Positions 39,690 through 48,744 of a DNA stretch of 64,000 nucleotides are shown piece after piece. Origin of the DNA: Lysobacterales bacterium. Lineage in GTDB: Bacteria; Pseudomonadota; Gammaproteobacteria; Xanthomonadales; SZUA-5. The notes beneath the pieces are model-generated. The model ran no database searches. It had not been told where the DNA came from and saw nothing but the letters and a program-made list of their open reading frames with translations. A program made the translations under genes and the position numbers. Within the stretch, counting starts at the first letter, position 1, and every line of letters begins with the position of its first letter. The stretch spans positions 98,469 through 162,468 of the forward strand of contig JAWLAT010000010.1 in the NCBI GenBank assembly GCA_041395325.1, in the 5' to 3' direction.

Positions 39690-40610
39690 TCAACCCTTGT
39701 CGGCGTCTTCTTCCTTCGCCTTGATCACGTACTTGCGGCCGCCTTCGGCTTGCAGTTGCTCGCCATTGAGGTCGAATTCGCCGAGCAGCCAGTAGGCCTT
39801 CTGCGAACGCACGACCACGACGGCATCGTCGTAGACATACAACTGGTCGCCGGGCTGCAGATGTTCGGGACGCAGCTTGGCGGTCAATCGTTGCCGACCG
39901 TTGAAGATCCGCTCCAGTCGCAAGCGTGACTGCGCGTTGACCGGCAGCTCGGCCAGTTCCATCACCTTGGCTTCGATCACCGCAGGTGCGGGCGCCGGCA
40001 CTTCGGTTTCGACCGGGGGCGGGGCTGCAGGTGGAGGCGGGGCGACCGCGACAGGTGCCGGTGCAGGCGTCGGTGCTGGCGCAGGCGCTGGAGCAGGTGC
40101 CGGCTCTGGTTCGGGTTCCGGAGTCGGAGCGGGCGCTGGCGCCGGCGGTGGCGTGACTACAGGCGCCGGCGCAGGCCGAGGCGTCGGAGCCGGTGCCGGT
40201 GCCGGTGCCGGAGCTGGAGCCGCCACTGGGGCAGGTGCCGGAGCGGGTGTGGGTGCTGGCGCTGGAGCTGGTGCTGGTGCTGGTGCTGGAGCTGGTTCAG
40301 GTTCCGCAGCGACCTGGGCGGCTGCGGGAACCACACGCACGGTCACCATTTCCACCGTGGTATCACGATAGGAAATGGGAATCGGAAGCCCGGCGGCACC
40401 ACGCTGCAACTGGCCAGCGATCAGGTCATGCCAGTATTCGGGCGCACTGACCTGCAGACCTTGACCACTGCGCGCGGCATCGCCGGCGATGGCCTGCAGC
40501 CGGCCGTCCGCACTGCCCTGCAACAATTGATCGCCGGTCACATCCAGCGTCTGCGCTAGAGCGCTCAGGGGGGCCAGCATCGCCAGGGCCCACCACCTCA
40601 GCTTTCTCAT
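39690..40610 (-). CDS. Secreted protein with an Ala-Pro-rich linker of about 115 aa between two small globular domains
   Basis: Signal peptide MRKLRWWALAMLAPLSALA. Residues about 95-210 are almost entirely (A/E/T/V)P repeats. The flanking domains have no recognisable motif. Confidence 0.6.
   Translation of the reverse strand: MRKLRWWALAMLAPLSALAQTLDVTGDQLLQGSADGRLQAIAGDAARSGQGLQVSAPEYWHDLIAGQLQRGAAGLPIPISYRDTTVEMVTVRVVPAAAQVAAEPEPAPAPAPAPAPAPAPTPAPAPAPVAAPAPAPAPAPAPTPRPAPAPVVTPPPAPAPAPTPEPEPEPAPAPAPAPAPTPAPAPVAVAPPPPAAPPPVETEVPAPAPAVIEAKVMELAELPVNAQSRLRLERIFNGRQRLTAKLRPEHLQPGDQLYVYDDAVVVVRSQKAYWLLGEFDLNGEQLQAEGGRKYVIKAKEEDADKG
39981..40328. repeat. Low-complexity GCN-CCN (Ala-Pro) hexanucleotide repeat tract inside a CDS
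   Basis: The plus strand reads ...ggtgccggtgccggtgccggagctggagcc... and encodes APAPAP on the minus strand. Confidence 0.8.
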
Positions 40611-40806
40611 TCTTGTCCCCTTTCATTCGTGGCTGCAGCGCAGCCAACCTCAAAGCGCCCAAGTATGGCACTGCGTAAAGATGTGGAGCTTAACGGTCCG
40701 CTGAACATGGTCAGCGCCCGCGACCCTAGCCCAAAAGTCGCCTGACTCGATAGCCGCCGAAGGTCATGGATTGTGCCCACGACGCCGCGGTCACAGGGTG
40801 GAAAAC

Positions 40807-42135
40807 TCAGACCAGACCGCCGTGTGCCAATTTTTGCGGATCCAGCCATTGATCCAGCTGCGCCGCGTCCAGATCGGTGTGCTCCAGCAGCACGTCGCGA
40901 ATGGTGCGACCTTCGCGGTAGGCCAGCTTGGCCAGCTCGGCGCCGCGGGCGTAGCCCAGTTGCTGGTTCAACGCGGTGATCAGAATCGGATTGCGGGCCA
41001 GCAGATCGTCCAGCCGATCCTGCCGCACACGCAATCCGGCCATGCCCTTGTCGGCCAGATGGCGCATCCCGCGATCGAGCAGTTCGATGCTCTCGATCAG
41101 GGCATCACCGATGACGGGCAACATCACGTTGAGCTGAAAATTGCCCGACTGACCGGCCAGGGTGACGCAGCTGTCATTGCCGATGACCCGCGCACAGACC
41201 ATCGCCAGCGCCTCGGGAATCACCGGATTGACCTTGCCCGGCATGATGCTCGAGCCGGCCTGCAGCGCCGGCAACTCGATTTCGCCCAAGCCGGCGATCG
41301 GGCCGGAGTTCATCCAGCGCAGGTCATTGCAGATCTTCAGCAGGCTCACCGCCAGCGTGCGCAACTGGCCGGACAGCTCGACGCATTCGTCCTTGGCGGC
41401 GATGTGCTCGAAAGCGTTCTCGGCGACGCTGAACTCCACCCCTGTGAGTTCGTCCAACGCCACCACCGCCAGGTCGGCAAACTCCGGGTGACAGTTCAAT
41501 CCGGTGCCCACCGCGGTGCCACCCAAGGGCAATCGCGCCACCCGGCACAGCGTGTCCTGCAGCCGCTCTCGGTTGCTGCGTAGCTGTGCGGCCCAGGCTC
41601 CGAACTCCTGCCCCAGCGTCAGGGGCACCGCATCCATCAGATGGGTGCGACCGGTCTTGACCTGATCGGCGTGCGTTTCAGCCAGACCGTCGATGACTTC
41701 AATCAGATGCTCCAGTGCGTCCAGCAAACCCTCGCAGGCCAGGCAGGCGGCGACCTGAATTGTGGCCGGGATGACGTCGTTGCTGGACTGCCCGAAGTTG
41801 ACGTGATCATTGGGATGGGCCTGCAGGCCTTCAGCCGCCACCAGCGCGCTGATCACCTCATTGGCATTCATGTTGGTCGAGGTGCCCGACCCGGTCTGGT
41901 AGACATCCAGCGGGAACTGATCATCGTGCTCGTGCCGGGCTACCGCCAGCGCTGCCCGTTCGATGGCCAGTCCCAGATCGGCCGGGAGCAGGCCCAGCGA
42001 GCGGTTGGCTCGAGCGGCGGCGGCCTTGATCAGACCCAGCGCACAGATCAGCGGCGCCCGCCAGGGCTTGCCGGAGATGGCGAAATTGTCGATGGCCAAT
42101 CGCGTCTGTTCACCCCACAGGGGTTCGCTAGCCAT
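40807..42135 (-). CDS. Class II fumarase/aspartase-family lyase (aspartate ammonia-lyase-like), short N-terminus
   Basis: Start at ATG 42133-42135 (MASEPLWGEQTRLAIDNF). Contains TGSGTSTNMNANEVI and GSSIMPGKVNPVIPEA. The NPV.PE after the signature is more AspA-like than FumC-like (NPTQCEA). Confidence 0.75.
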   Translation of the reverse strand: MASEPLWGEQTRLAIDNFAISGKPWRAPLICALGLIKAAAARANRSLGLLPADLGLAIERAALAVARHEHDDQFPLDVYQTGSGTSTNMNANEVISALVAAEGLQAHPNDHVNFGQSSNDVIPATIQVAACLACEGLLDALEHLIEVIDGLAETHADQVKTGRTHLMDAVPLTLGQEFGAWAAQLRSNRERLQDTLCRVARLPLGGTAVGTGLNCHPEFADLAVVALDELTGVEFSVAENAFEHIAAKDECVELSGQLRTLAVSLLKICNDLRWMNSGPIAGLGEIELPALQAGSSIMPGKVNPVIPEALAMVCARVIGNDSCVTLAGQSGNFQLNVMLPVIGDALIESIELLDRGMRHLADKGMAGLRVRQDRLDDLLARNPILITALNQQLGYARGAELAKLAYREGRTIRDVLLEHTDLDAAQLDQWLDPQKLAHGGLV

Positions 42136-42242
42136 GGCGTCGCTCCAGCCGGGTCGAAGCTTCAGTGTAGTGGACGCGCTCGCCGCCGCGGGGCCGAGGG
42201 GGTACCATCCGCAGCCCTTTCGAGTACCCGCCGGGACCTCGC

Positions 42243-43604
42243 ATGTCCGCGCTTCTCGCCCTCTCTCCGCTGGACGGTCGCTATGCCGACAGCGTCGCCG
42301 CACTGCGCCCGCATCTGAGCGAGTTCGGCCTGATCCACAACCGCGTCCGGGTCGAACTGGCCTGGCTGCAGGCACTCGCGGACTGCCCCCAGCTGAGCGA
42401 ATTGCCCGCGGCCGATGACGCGGCGCGGGACTGGCTGGCCGCCCTGGGCGAGCACTTTGATATCGCCGCCGCAGAGCGCGTCAAGCAGATCGAGGCGACC
42501 ACCCGCCACGACGTCAAGGCGGTCGAGTACTGGCTGAAGGAACGTCTGGCCGAGCACCCGTTCTGGTCGACCCACGCAGAATTCGTCCACTTCGCCTGCA
42601 CCAGTGAGGACATCAACAACCTCGCCTATGCGTTGATGCTGCAACAGGCCCGGGCCGAGGTCCTGCTGCCGACCCTGGATGCGCTGATCGAGATGCTGCG
42701 CACACAGGCGCATGCGCTGGCCGATCTGCCCATGCTGTCGCGCACGCATGGCCAGGCCGCCTCTCCCACGACGCTGGGCAAGGAACTGGCCAACGTCGTC
42801 GCCCGGCTGCGGCGGGCCCGCCAGGGTCTGGCCGACGTGCGCATCGACGGCAAGCTCAATGGCGCGGTCGGCAATTACAACGCCCATCTGGCGGCGGCGC
42901 CGGAGATTGACTGGGAATCGCTGGCCGCGGGCGTGATCCGGTCGCTGGGCCTGCAGTTCAACGCCTGGACCACGCAGATCGAGCCGCACGACTGGATCGC
43001 CGAGCTGTGCGATGCGCAACGCCGCATCGACGTGATCCTGATCGACTTCTGTCGTGACGTCTGGGGCTACATCTCGCTGGGATACTTCCGCCAGGCCACG
43101 GTCGCCGGCGAAGTGGGCTCGTCGACGATGCCGCACAAGGTCAATCCGATCGACTTTGAGAACGCTGAAGGCAATTTTGGCCTCGCCGATGCCCTGCTCG
43201 GCCATCTGGCGCAGAAGCTGCCCGTCTCGCGCTGGCAGCGGGATCTCACCGATTCCACCGTGCTGCGCAATCTGGGCGTTGCCTTCGGTCATGCGCTGCT
43301 GGGCATGCACAGTCTGCGTCGTGGCCTGGGCAAGCTCAGCGCCGATCCGGCTCGCCTGGCGGCAGACCTGGAGCAGAACTGGGAGGTGCTGGGCGAAGCC
43401 ATTCAGACCGTGATGCGCCGCCACGGCTTGCCCGAACCCTACGAGCGCCTCAAGGCGCTGACCCGCGGACAGCGCATCGACGCCGAGCGACTGCGGGCTT
43501 TCGTCGATGGCCTGGAACTGCCTGCTGATGTGCGCGAGCGCCTGCGCAGCATGACGCCGGCCGACTACACCGGCCTCGCGGCCACCCTCGCCCGTCGCAT
43601 CTGA
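42243..43604 (+). CDS. purB: Adenylosuccinate lyase
   Basis: LSPLDGRYADSVAALRPHLSEFGLIHNRVRVELAWL...SSTMPHKVNPIDFEN, 453 aa. Confidence 0.95.
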   Translation: MSALLALSPLDGRYADSVAALRPHLSEFGLIHNRVRVELAWLQALADCPQLSELPAADDAARDWLAALGEHFDIAAAERVKQIEATTRHDVKAVEYWLKERLAEHPFWSTHAEFVHFACTSEDINNLAYALMLQQARAEVLLPTLDALIEMLRTQAHALADLPMLSRTHGQAASPTTLGKELANVVARLRRARQGLADVRIDGKLNGAVGNYNAHLAAAPEIDWESLAAGVIRSLGLQFNAWTTQIEPHDWIAELCDAQRRIDVILIDFCRDVWGYISLGYFRQATVAGEVGSSTMPHKVNPIDFENAEGNFGLADALLGHLAQKLPVSRWQRDLTDSTVLRNLGVAFGHALLGMHSLRRGLGKLSADPARLAADLEQNWEVLGEAIQTVMRRHGLPEPYERLKALTRGQRIDAERLRAFVDGLELPADVRERLRSMTPADYTGLAATLARRI

Positions 43605-43612
43605 GCATCCCC

Positions 43613-44791
43613 ATGTCGCTGCCCATCGAGATCGAAGGCGCCGGCCAGCTGTTGGGCATGCCGGTCGAGGACTTTCTGCGCGACTATTGGCAGCAGCGTC
43701 CGCTGCTGATCCGGCAGGCTTTCGAAGGATTCCAGTCACCACTGAGCGGCGATGATCTGGCCGCGCTGTCGCTGCAGGAGGAGGCGCTGTCACGTCTGGT
43801 ACTGCACGACCGCCGCCGGCGTCGCTGGACGCTGGAAACCGGCCCTTTCGACGATGATCGCTTCGACGATCTGCCCGAGCGGGACTGGAGTCTGCTGGTG
43901 CAGGACGTCGACAAGTGGGATCCGGACGTCGGTGCCCTGCTGGCCGAGTTCGATTTCCTGCCGCGCTGGCGCATCGACGACATCATGGTCAGCTTCGCCG
44001 CGCCAGGCGGATCGGTTGGCGCCCACGTCGATCAGTACGATGTGTTCCTGCTGCAGGGTATGGGGCAGCGCGAGTGGGCCATCGACGCCAGCCCGAATCC
44101 CGACCTGAGTCTGCAGCCCGGCGCGCCACTGAAGCTGCTGCGCCAGTTCAAGGCCAGCCATCGCTGGCGGCTGCAGCCGGGCGACATGCTCTATCTGCCG
44201 CCGGGTGTGCCACATCACGGCGTGGCCATCGATCCCTGTCTGACCCTGTCGGTGGGCATGCGCGCTCCGTCGCTGCAGGAACTGCTGCTGGCGGTCGTGC
44301 AGGCGCATGCGCGGACGCTGCCGGAAGAAGACCGCTATCGTGATCCCCCGCTGCAACCGGCGCGGGATTCCGCTGAGCTCTCGCCATCCGCATTGGCTGG
44401 GTTGGCCGAGGCGCTGCAACAGGCCCTGCAGGGCGCGCCGACGGCGGGACCGGCGCTGCAGGCGATCCTGCTGCGCTACCTCAGCCACTATCGGGCGCCA
44501 CGCGAGGCACAGCCGCGCGCACGCCCCATGGGACCTTCAGCATTGTTGGGGCGTCTGCGTGAAGGGGCCCTGCTGTGGCCCGACCACTGGCTGCGCTGGC
44601 TGCACGATGGCGGGGATCCGGCGTTGCTGGCCGTGGCCGGACACAGCGTGACGCTATCGGGCGAACTGGCCCGCGACCTGTGCGCCGGCGCCGCGATCGA
44701 CGCTGGCGACTGGGCCGAGCTGAGCCCGGCTGATCAGGAGAGCCTGCGCACATTGCTCAACCTTGGTGCGCTGCAGCTGCGCAAGCCCTGA
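43613..44791 (+). CDS. ycfD: Cupin/JmjC-type ribosomal protein oxygenase (YcfD/RoxA-like)
   Basis: FLRDYWQQRPLLIRQAF...SLLVQDVDKW...GGSVGAHVDQYDVFLLQGMGQREW matches the HxD...H 2-oxoglutarate oxygenase fold of YcfD. Confidence 0.75.
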   Translation: MSLPIEIEGAGQLLGMPVEDFLRDYWQQRPLLIRQAFEGFQSPLSGDDLAALSLQEEALSRLVLHDRRRRRWTLETGPFDDDRFDDLPERDWSLLVQDVDKWDPDVGALLAEFDFLPRWRIDDIMVSFAAPGGSVGAHVDQYDVFLLQGMGQREWAIDASPNPDLSLQPGAPLKLLRQFKASHRWRLQPGDMLYLPPGVPHHGVAIDPCLTLSVGMRAPSLQELLLAVVQAHARTLPEEDRYRDPPLQPARDSAELSPSALAGLAEALQQALQGAPTAGPALQAILLRYLSHYRAPREAQPRARPMGPSALLGRLREGALLWPDHWLRWLHDGGDPALLAVAGHSVTLSGELARDLCAGAAIDAGDWAELSPADQESLRTLLNLGALQLRKP

Positions 44792-44836
44792 GCGCACTGT
44801 GGCAAGCTGAAGTCCTCGCCAGCCCCGACCGCTGCC

Positions 44837-45799
44837 ATGATCGAATCGCGCTATTTCGTCGAGCCTGCCAACTGGGACCACGATGCCGAGCAGTTGAGGC
44901 AGCTGCGCGAGACCGTCTTCATCATCGAGCAGCAGGTCAGTCGCGACGAGGAGTGGGATGGGCTGGACCCAGACTGCCTGCACGTGCTGGCCCGCACTCC
45001 GGACGGCACTGCCATCGGCACCGGACGCCTCAGCCCGACCGGCAAGATTGGCCGCATGGCCGTGCTGGCGCCTTGGCGAGGTCAGGGGGTGGGCTCTGCC
45101 CTGTTGCAGGCGCTGATCGACCTGGCCCGCGAGAAGCACATGACTCGGCTGTACCTGCACGCCCAGGTCAGCGCGATCCCTTTCTATGAACGTCACGGCT
45201 TCATCGCCCAGGGCCCGCTGTTCGAAGAGGCTGCCATCGAGCACCGCAAGATGCAGCTCGATCTGCCCTACCCCGAACCCATTCCACGCGGTGGCCAGAC
45301 CGAGGCCGCCGACGAGCGCATTGGCCGCCTGCTGACCTGCGACACCCTGGTCGGCTGTCGCGAGGTGACGCAGGCCATTGCCGAACGCGCCCGCCACGAG
45401 CTGTGTCTGTACACGCGCGATCTGGAGGCCCCGCTGTATGACCACGATGCCTTCATCGAGCAATGCCGCCGCATCGCGCTGTCCGGCCGTCACGCGCGTC
45501 TGCGTGTGCTGCTGCAGGACACCGCCAGGGTCGCTCGCGATGGCCATCGGCTGGTCGGTCTGGCGCAGCGATTGAGTACGGCGATTCACATCCGCCAGCC
45601 GCAAGGTGACGACCTGCAATACGCCGCCGCCTTCCTGCTCAACGACCGCGCCAGCTATCTGTTCCGCAGCGCCGGCGACCGCTGGGAGGGCGAGGGAGAC
45701 CTCTATCACCCACCGCGTCAGGGTGAGCTGCAGCGCTATTTCGATGCGGTCTGGGAGCGCTCGCCGGAACCGGCCGAGCTGCGCCGGCTCAGCCTGTAG
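44837..45799 (+). CDS. GNAT family N-acetyltransferase with a C-terminal extension of about 170 aa of unknown function
   Basis: GKIGRMAVLAPWRGQGVGSALLQALIDLAREK...FYERHGF is the acetyl-CoA binding motif (R/Q-x-x-G-x-G/A). Confidence 0.75.
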   Translation: MIESRYFVEPANWDHDAEQLRQLRETVFIIEQQVSRDEEWDGLDPDCLHVLARTPDGTAIGTGRLSPTGKIGRMAVLAPWRGQGVGSALLQALIDLAREKHMTRLYLHAQVSAIPFYERHGFIAQGPLFEEAAIEHRKMQLDLPYPEPIPRGGQTEAADERIGRLLTCDTLVGCREVTQAIAERARHELCLYTRDLEAPLYDHDAFIEQCRRIALSGRHARLRVLLQDTARVARDGHRLVGLAQRLSTAIHIRQPQGDDLQYAAAFLLNDRASYLFRSAGDRWEGEGDLYHPPRQGELQRYFDAVWERSPEPAELRRLSL

Positions 45800-45809
45800 G
45801 CCTCAACCG

Positions 45810-46415
45810 TCAGCCGGCGTCGTCATACGCCTGGCGGAGCCAGCCTACGAGTTCGGCATCGACCTCGGCCGCCGTGCTCAGGCGAACCCGGTGGCTGACC
45901 ATCGCATTGAAGCTGCCGGAGGCTTCCAGCCGTGCGCCGGCCGGCACGCCCTTGAGCTGCACGCCGACATCGACCCGGGTCTTGGTCGAGGGCTGCACCA
46001 GCGCGAACTGCCGCTTGCGACGCAGGCTGACGTAGGCCTTCTTCGGCGCCTCTTCGACGTCGTCGCCAAAGCCCTGCACGGCCGCCAGCAGGGCATCATA
46101 GATGGGCCGCAGGCTGGCCTTGTCCCCGCCGTACTGTGCTTCCACCAGATCCGTTTCCGGCGCACCCGCCGCCGCGGGTGTTGCAGCCGACGCTTGCCCC
46201 AGTTTGGCCAGCAGGGACGGATCTCGCGCCGACAACGCGATCAGATTGGCGTAGCCGTGCGTCAGCCCCTGTTCGCCCTTGAGCCACTTCATCATCTCGC
46301 CGTGCTTGACCGCGCCCGTCGCCAGCGTCTGCTGCACCCAATCGCCGAGACTGCGCCCGGTATTGCGCTGCAGGTTGGCCACCATCGTCAGTGCCGCCTG
46401 ATCCACGTTGCTCAT
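45810..46415 (-). CDS. DUF4287/DUF5655-like protein
   Basis: Only the C-terminal 201 codons of the 583-aa track ORF are plausible. Start at ATG 46413-46415. MSNVDQAALTMVANLQRNTGRSLGDWV...KHGEMMKWLKGEQGLTHGYANLI, then KKAYVSLRRKRQFALV. The upstream part of the track ORF is antisense to the GTPase gene. Confidence 0.6.
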   Translation of the reverse strand: MSNVDQAALTMVANLQRNTGRSLGDWVQQTLATGAVKHGEMMKWLKGEQGLTHGYANLIALSARDPSLLAKLGQASAATPAAAGAPETDLVEAQYGGDKASLRPIYDALLAAVQGFGDDVEEAPKKAYVSLRRKRQFALVQPSTKTRVDVGVQLKGVPAGARLEASGSFNAMVSHRVRLSTAAEVDAELVGWLRQAYDDAG

Positions 46416-46559
46416 CGCCACTCCCCGTTGCCTTGAGTTCCGCCGAGTCGGCCGGCGCAGCCTATCCGGCCCGCCGATTCGTGGCCACAGCATAGGCCAC
46501 CGACCCTCTCGGCACTCGTGTAGTCTTGCGCCAAACGCCCCTTTTTGACCTGGAAACCC

Positions 46560-47810
46560 ATGCGCGAGAGCCTGCAACAGCTGCTCGACGACCCCGCCAT
46601 TCCCGACAGCGTGCGTCAGGCGCTGGCGCCGGAGTTCGAGGAGATGCGACAGATGCTGGCGCGGCTGGACGAGGGCGAGCTGCATCTGGCGGTGTTCGGA
46701 CGGGTCAGTGTCGGGAAATCGGCATTGCTCAATGCGCTGCTGGGGCAGCCGTTGTTCGAAGTCGGCGTCCTGCACGGGACCACCACCCGCGCACATCAGG
46801 CCCGCTGGGAGGAGCAGATCGCCGCTGGCGTGCATTTCATTGATACGCCGGGCATCAATGAACTCGATGGTCAGGCCCGCGAGCAACTCGCCGTGGACGT
46901 TGCCGAGCGCGCCGATCTGGTGCTGTTTGTCGCCGATGGCGATCTCACCGCCAGTGAGCTGAGCGCCCTGGAACGATTGCAGCAGACTCAGCGCCCGGTG
47001 CTGCTGGTGCTCAACAAGGCCGATCGCTATACCCGGGCGGAGCGGCAGTCGCTGCTGGAGCGGCTGCGCCAGCATGTGCAAGGCTGGATCCGCGCCGAGG
47101 ACGTGGTCGCGGTCAGCGCCTTGCCGGCCAGTCGTACCGTGATTCGGATCGATGCCGCCGGCGTCGAGCACGAGCAACAGGAACAGCCGGACAGTGACGT
47201 GGCCGAACTTCGCGAGCGGATCACCGCGATTGTGGCGCGGGAGGGCAAGACGCTGTCGGCGATCAACGCCGGCCTGTTCGCCGGGCGGCTGGCCGATCAG
47301 GTCGGGCACCGGATCACCGAGGTGCGCCAGGAACTGGCGCAGAAACTGATCCGCAACTACTGCCTGGCCAAGGGTCTGGCGGTGGCCGTCAATCCCATTC
47401 CGGTGGCCGATCTGCTGTCGGCGGCGGCGCTGGACGTCAGCATGGTGCTGCACCTGAGTCGGCTCTACGGCCTGCCGCTCAGCCGCACCGAGGCCGGCAA
47501 GCTGGTCACGACGATCGTGGTGCAGCTGGCGGCATTGATGGGCGCGATCTGGGGTGTGCATCTGGTGTCGGCGGCGCTGAAGGGCCTGTCGGCAGGCCTG
47601 TCGACGGCACTGACAGCCGGCGCGCAGGGCGCGTTGGCCTGGTATGCCACCCGCATCATCGGCGAAGCGGCAACCGACTGGCTGGCCCGCGGCAAGAGCT
47701 GGGGTGAGCAGGGCCCGAAACGGGCGTTGCAGCAGATCCTGTCGGGTCTGGACCGCGACTCCATCCTGCGTGACGCGCGCGAACAGATCCTGGCCCGATT
47801 GAAGGGTTGA
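46560..47810 (+). CDS. GTP-binding protein with C-terminal DUF697-like membrane domain
   Basis: P-loop GRVSVGKSALLNAL, DTPG and NKAD motifs, with a hydrophobic C-terminal domain. Start is ATG 46560 (TTG 46545 is possible). Confidence 0.7.
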   Translation: MRESLQQLLDDPAIPDSVRQALAPEFEEMRQMLARLDEGELHLAVFGRVSVGKSALLNALLGQPLFEVGVLHGTTTRAHQARWEEQIAAGVHFIDTPGINELDGQAREQLAVDVAERADLVLFVADGDLTASELSALERLQQTQRPVLLVLNKADRYTRAERQSLLERLRQHVQGWIRAEDVVAVSALPASRTVIRIDAAGVEHEQQEQPDSDVAELRERITAIVAREGKTLSAINAGLFAGRLADQVGHRITEVRQELAQKLIRNYCLAKGLAVAVNPIPVADLLSAAALDVSMVLHLSRLYGLPLSRTEAGKLVTTIVVQLAALMGAIWGVHLVSAALKGLSAGLSTALTAGAQGALAWYATRIIGEAATDWLARGKSWGEQGPKRALQQILSGLDRDSILRDAREQILARLKG

Positions 47811-47820
47811 GGCAGAGCTG

Positions 47821-48054
47821 ATGTCGACACCCGAGATGATTCTCTACGGCAAGGCCGACTGCGGTCTCTGTGACCAAGCGCAGCAACTGCTCGCCGCAGC
47901 GGGCCTGGAAGCCCGCCACGTCGATGTGGAGGCCGATGACGAACTGATGGCGCAGTACGGGCTGCGCATACCCGTGCTGGCCGACAGCCAGGGCCGCGAG
48001 CTTGACTGGCCCTTCGACGAGCTGAGCCTCGCTGACTGGCTGCATCCGGACTGA
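47821..48054 (+). CDS. Glutaredoxin-like small thioredoxin-fold protein (DUF836-like)
   Basis: 77 aa, ILYGKADCGLCDQA (CxxC) ...RIPVL. Confidence 0.75.
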   Translation: MSTPEMILYGKADCGLCDQAQQLLAAAGLEARHVDVEADDELMAQYGLRIPVLADSQGRELDWPFDELSLADWLHPD

Positions 48055-48106
48055 GCCCACCCGATCTCCTCGCCCTTGTGAAGCGTGCGCTCGATCAATA
48101 TATTAG

Positions 48107-48130
48107 CCTTCGTTGATTTACAAACGAAGG
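48107..48130 (+). promoter_or_regulatory. Perfect 8-bp inverted repeat overlapping the rhodanese SD
   Basis: ccttcgtt (48107-48114), an 8-nt loop, then aacgaagg (48123-48130). The right arm contains the AAGG of the AAGGAG SD (48127-48132), which lies 6 nt before the GTG at 48139. Confidence 0.4.
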
Positions 48131-48138
48131 AGTTTCCC

Positions 48139-48522
48139 GTGAGCAGCGTGCAAGCCCTGGTTGAAGCCGCCAAGCGGCAGATTCGTGAGATCGATCCCGC
48201 CGAACTGCAGCAACTGCAGCAGACCGGCGTGCCGATCATCGATGTGCGTGAGCCGGCGGAGTACGCCGCAGGCCATTTCCCCGGTGCAGTCAACATTCCC
48301 CGCGGCGTGCTGGAGTTCGAGGTGGATGGTCACCCGGCGGTCAATTGTCAGCGTGACCCGGCACTGGGTCATCGCGGACAACCGGTGGTCGTGGCCTGCC
48401 GCAGTGGCGGTCGTTCGGCCCTGGCTGCCGCCGCGCTGAAGCAGCTGGGTTTTGTCGAGCCGTTGTCTCTGAGAGGTGGTTTCCAGGGCTGGATTCAGGC
48501 CGGCCTCCCGGTCGAGAAATAG
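48139..48522 (+). CDS. Rhodanese-like sulfurtransferase domain protein
   Basis: A GTG start follows AAGGAG. IIDVREPAEYAAGHFPGAVNIPRG...VVVACRSGGRSA contains the active-site loop CRSGGRS. Confidence 0.8.
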   Translation: MSSVQALVEAAKRQIREIDPAELQQLQQTGVPIIDVREPAEYAAGHFPGAVNIPRGVLEFEVDGHPAVNCQRDPALGHRGQPVVVACRSGGRSALAAAALKQLGFVEPLSLRGGFQGWIQAGLPVEK

Positions 48523-48744
48523 CACCTGGAAGCGTTCAACTCACACCCTTTGAACATCGGTGAAGATTGCAACTTTCTGTGTTGTCTCAATTACTTACAG
48601 TTTATTAGACCCCTCGAAAGTGCGACGCAGTTCGCATTCGCCCGGGGGGTTGCAGACGGTTACAGGGCGTGAGTGCCCAATTCACGTACGGGGTCCGGAT
48701 CGCGGTGCTACACAGCGCGCACCTTTTCCGACCGGGCCTTCCCG

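Noticed and set aside
42162-43793. 543-aa minus-strand ORF
   Set aside because: It is antisense to purB and the ycfD-like gene, so it is a shadow ORF.
46416-47561. N-terminal 380 codons of the 583-aa minus-strand ORF 45810-47561
   Set aside because: This part is antisense to the P-loop GTPase gene and has no motifs. Only the last 201 codons, from ATG 46415, look like a real DUF4287/DUF5655 protein.
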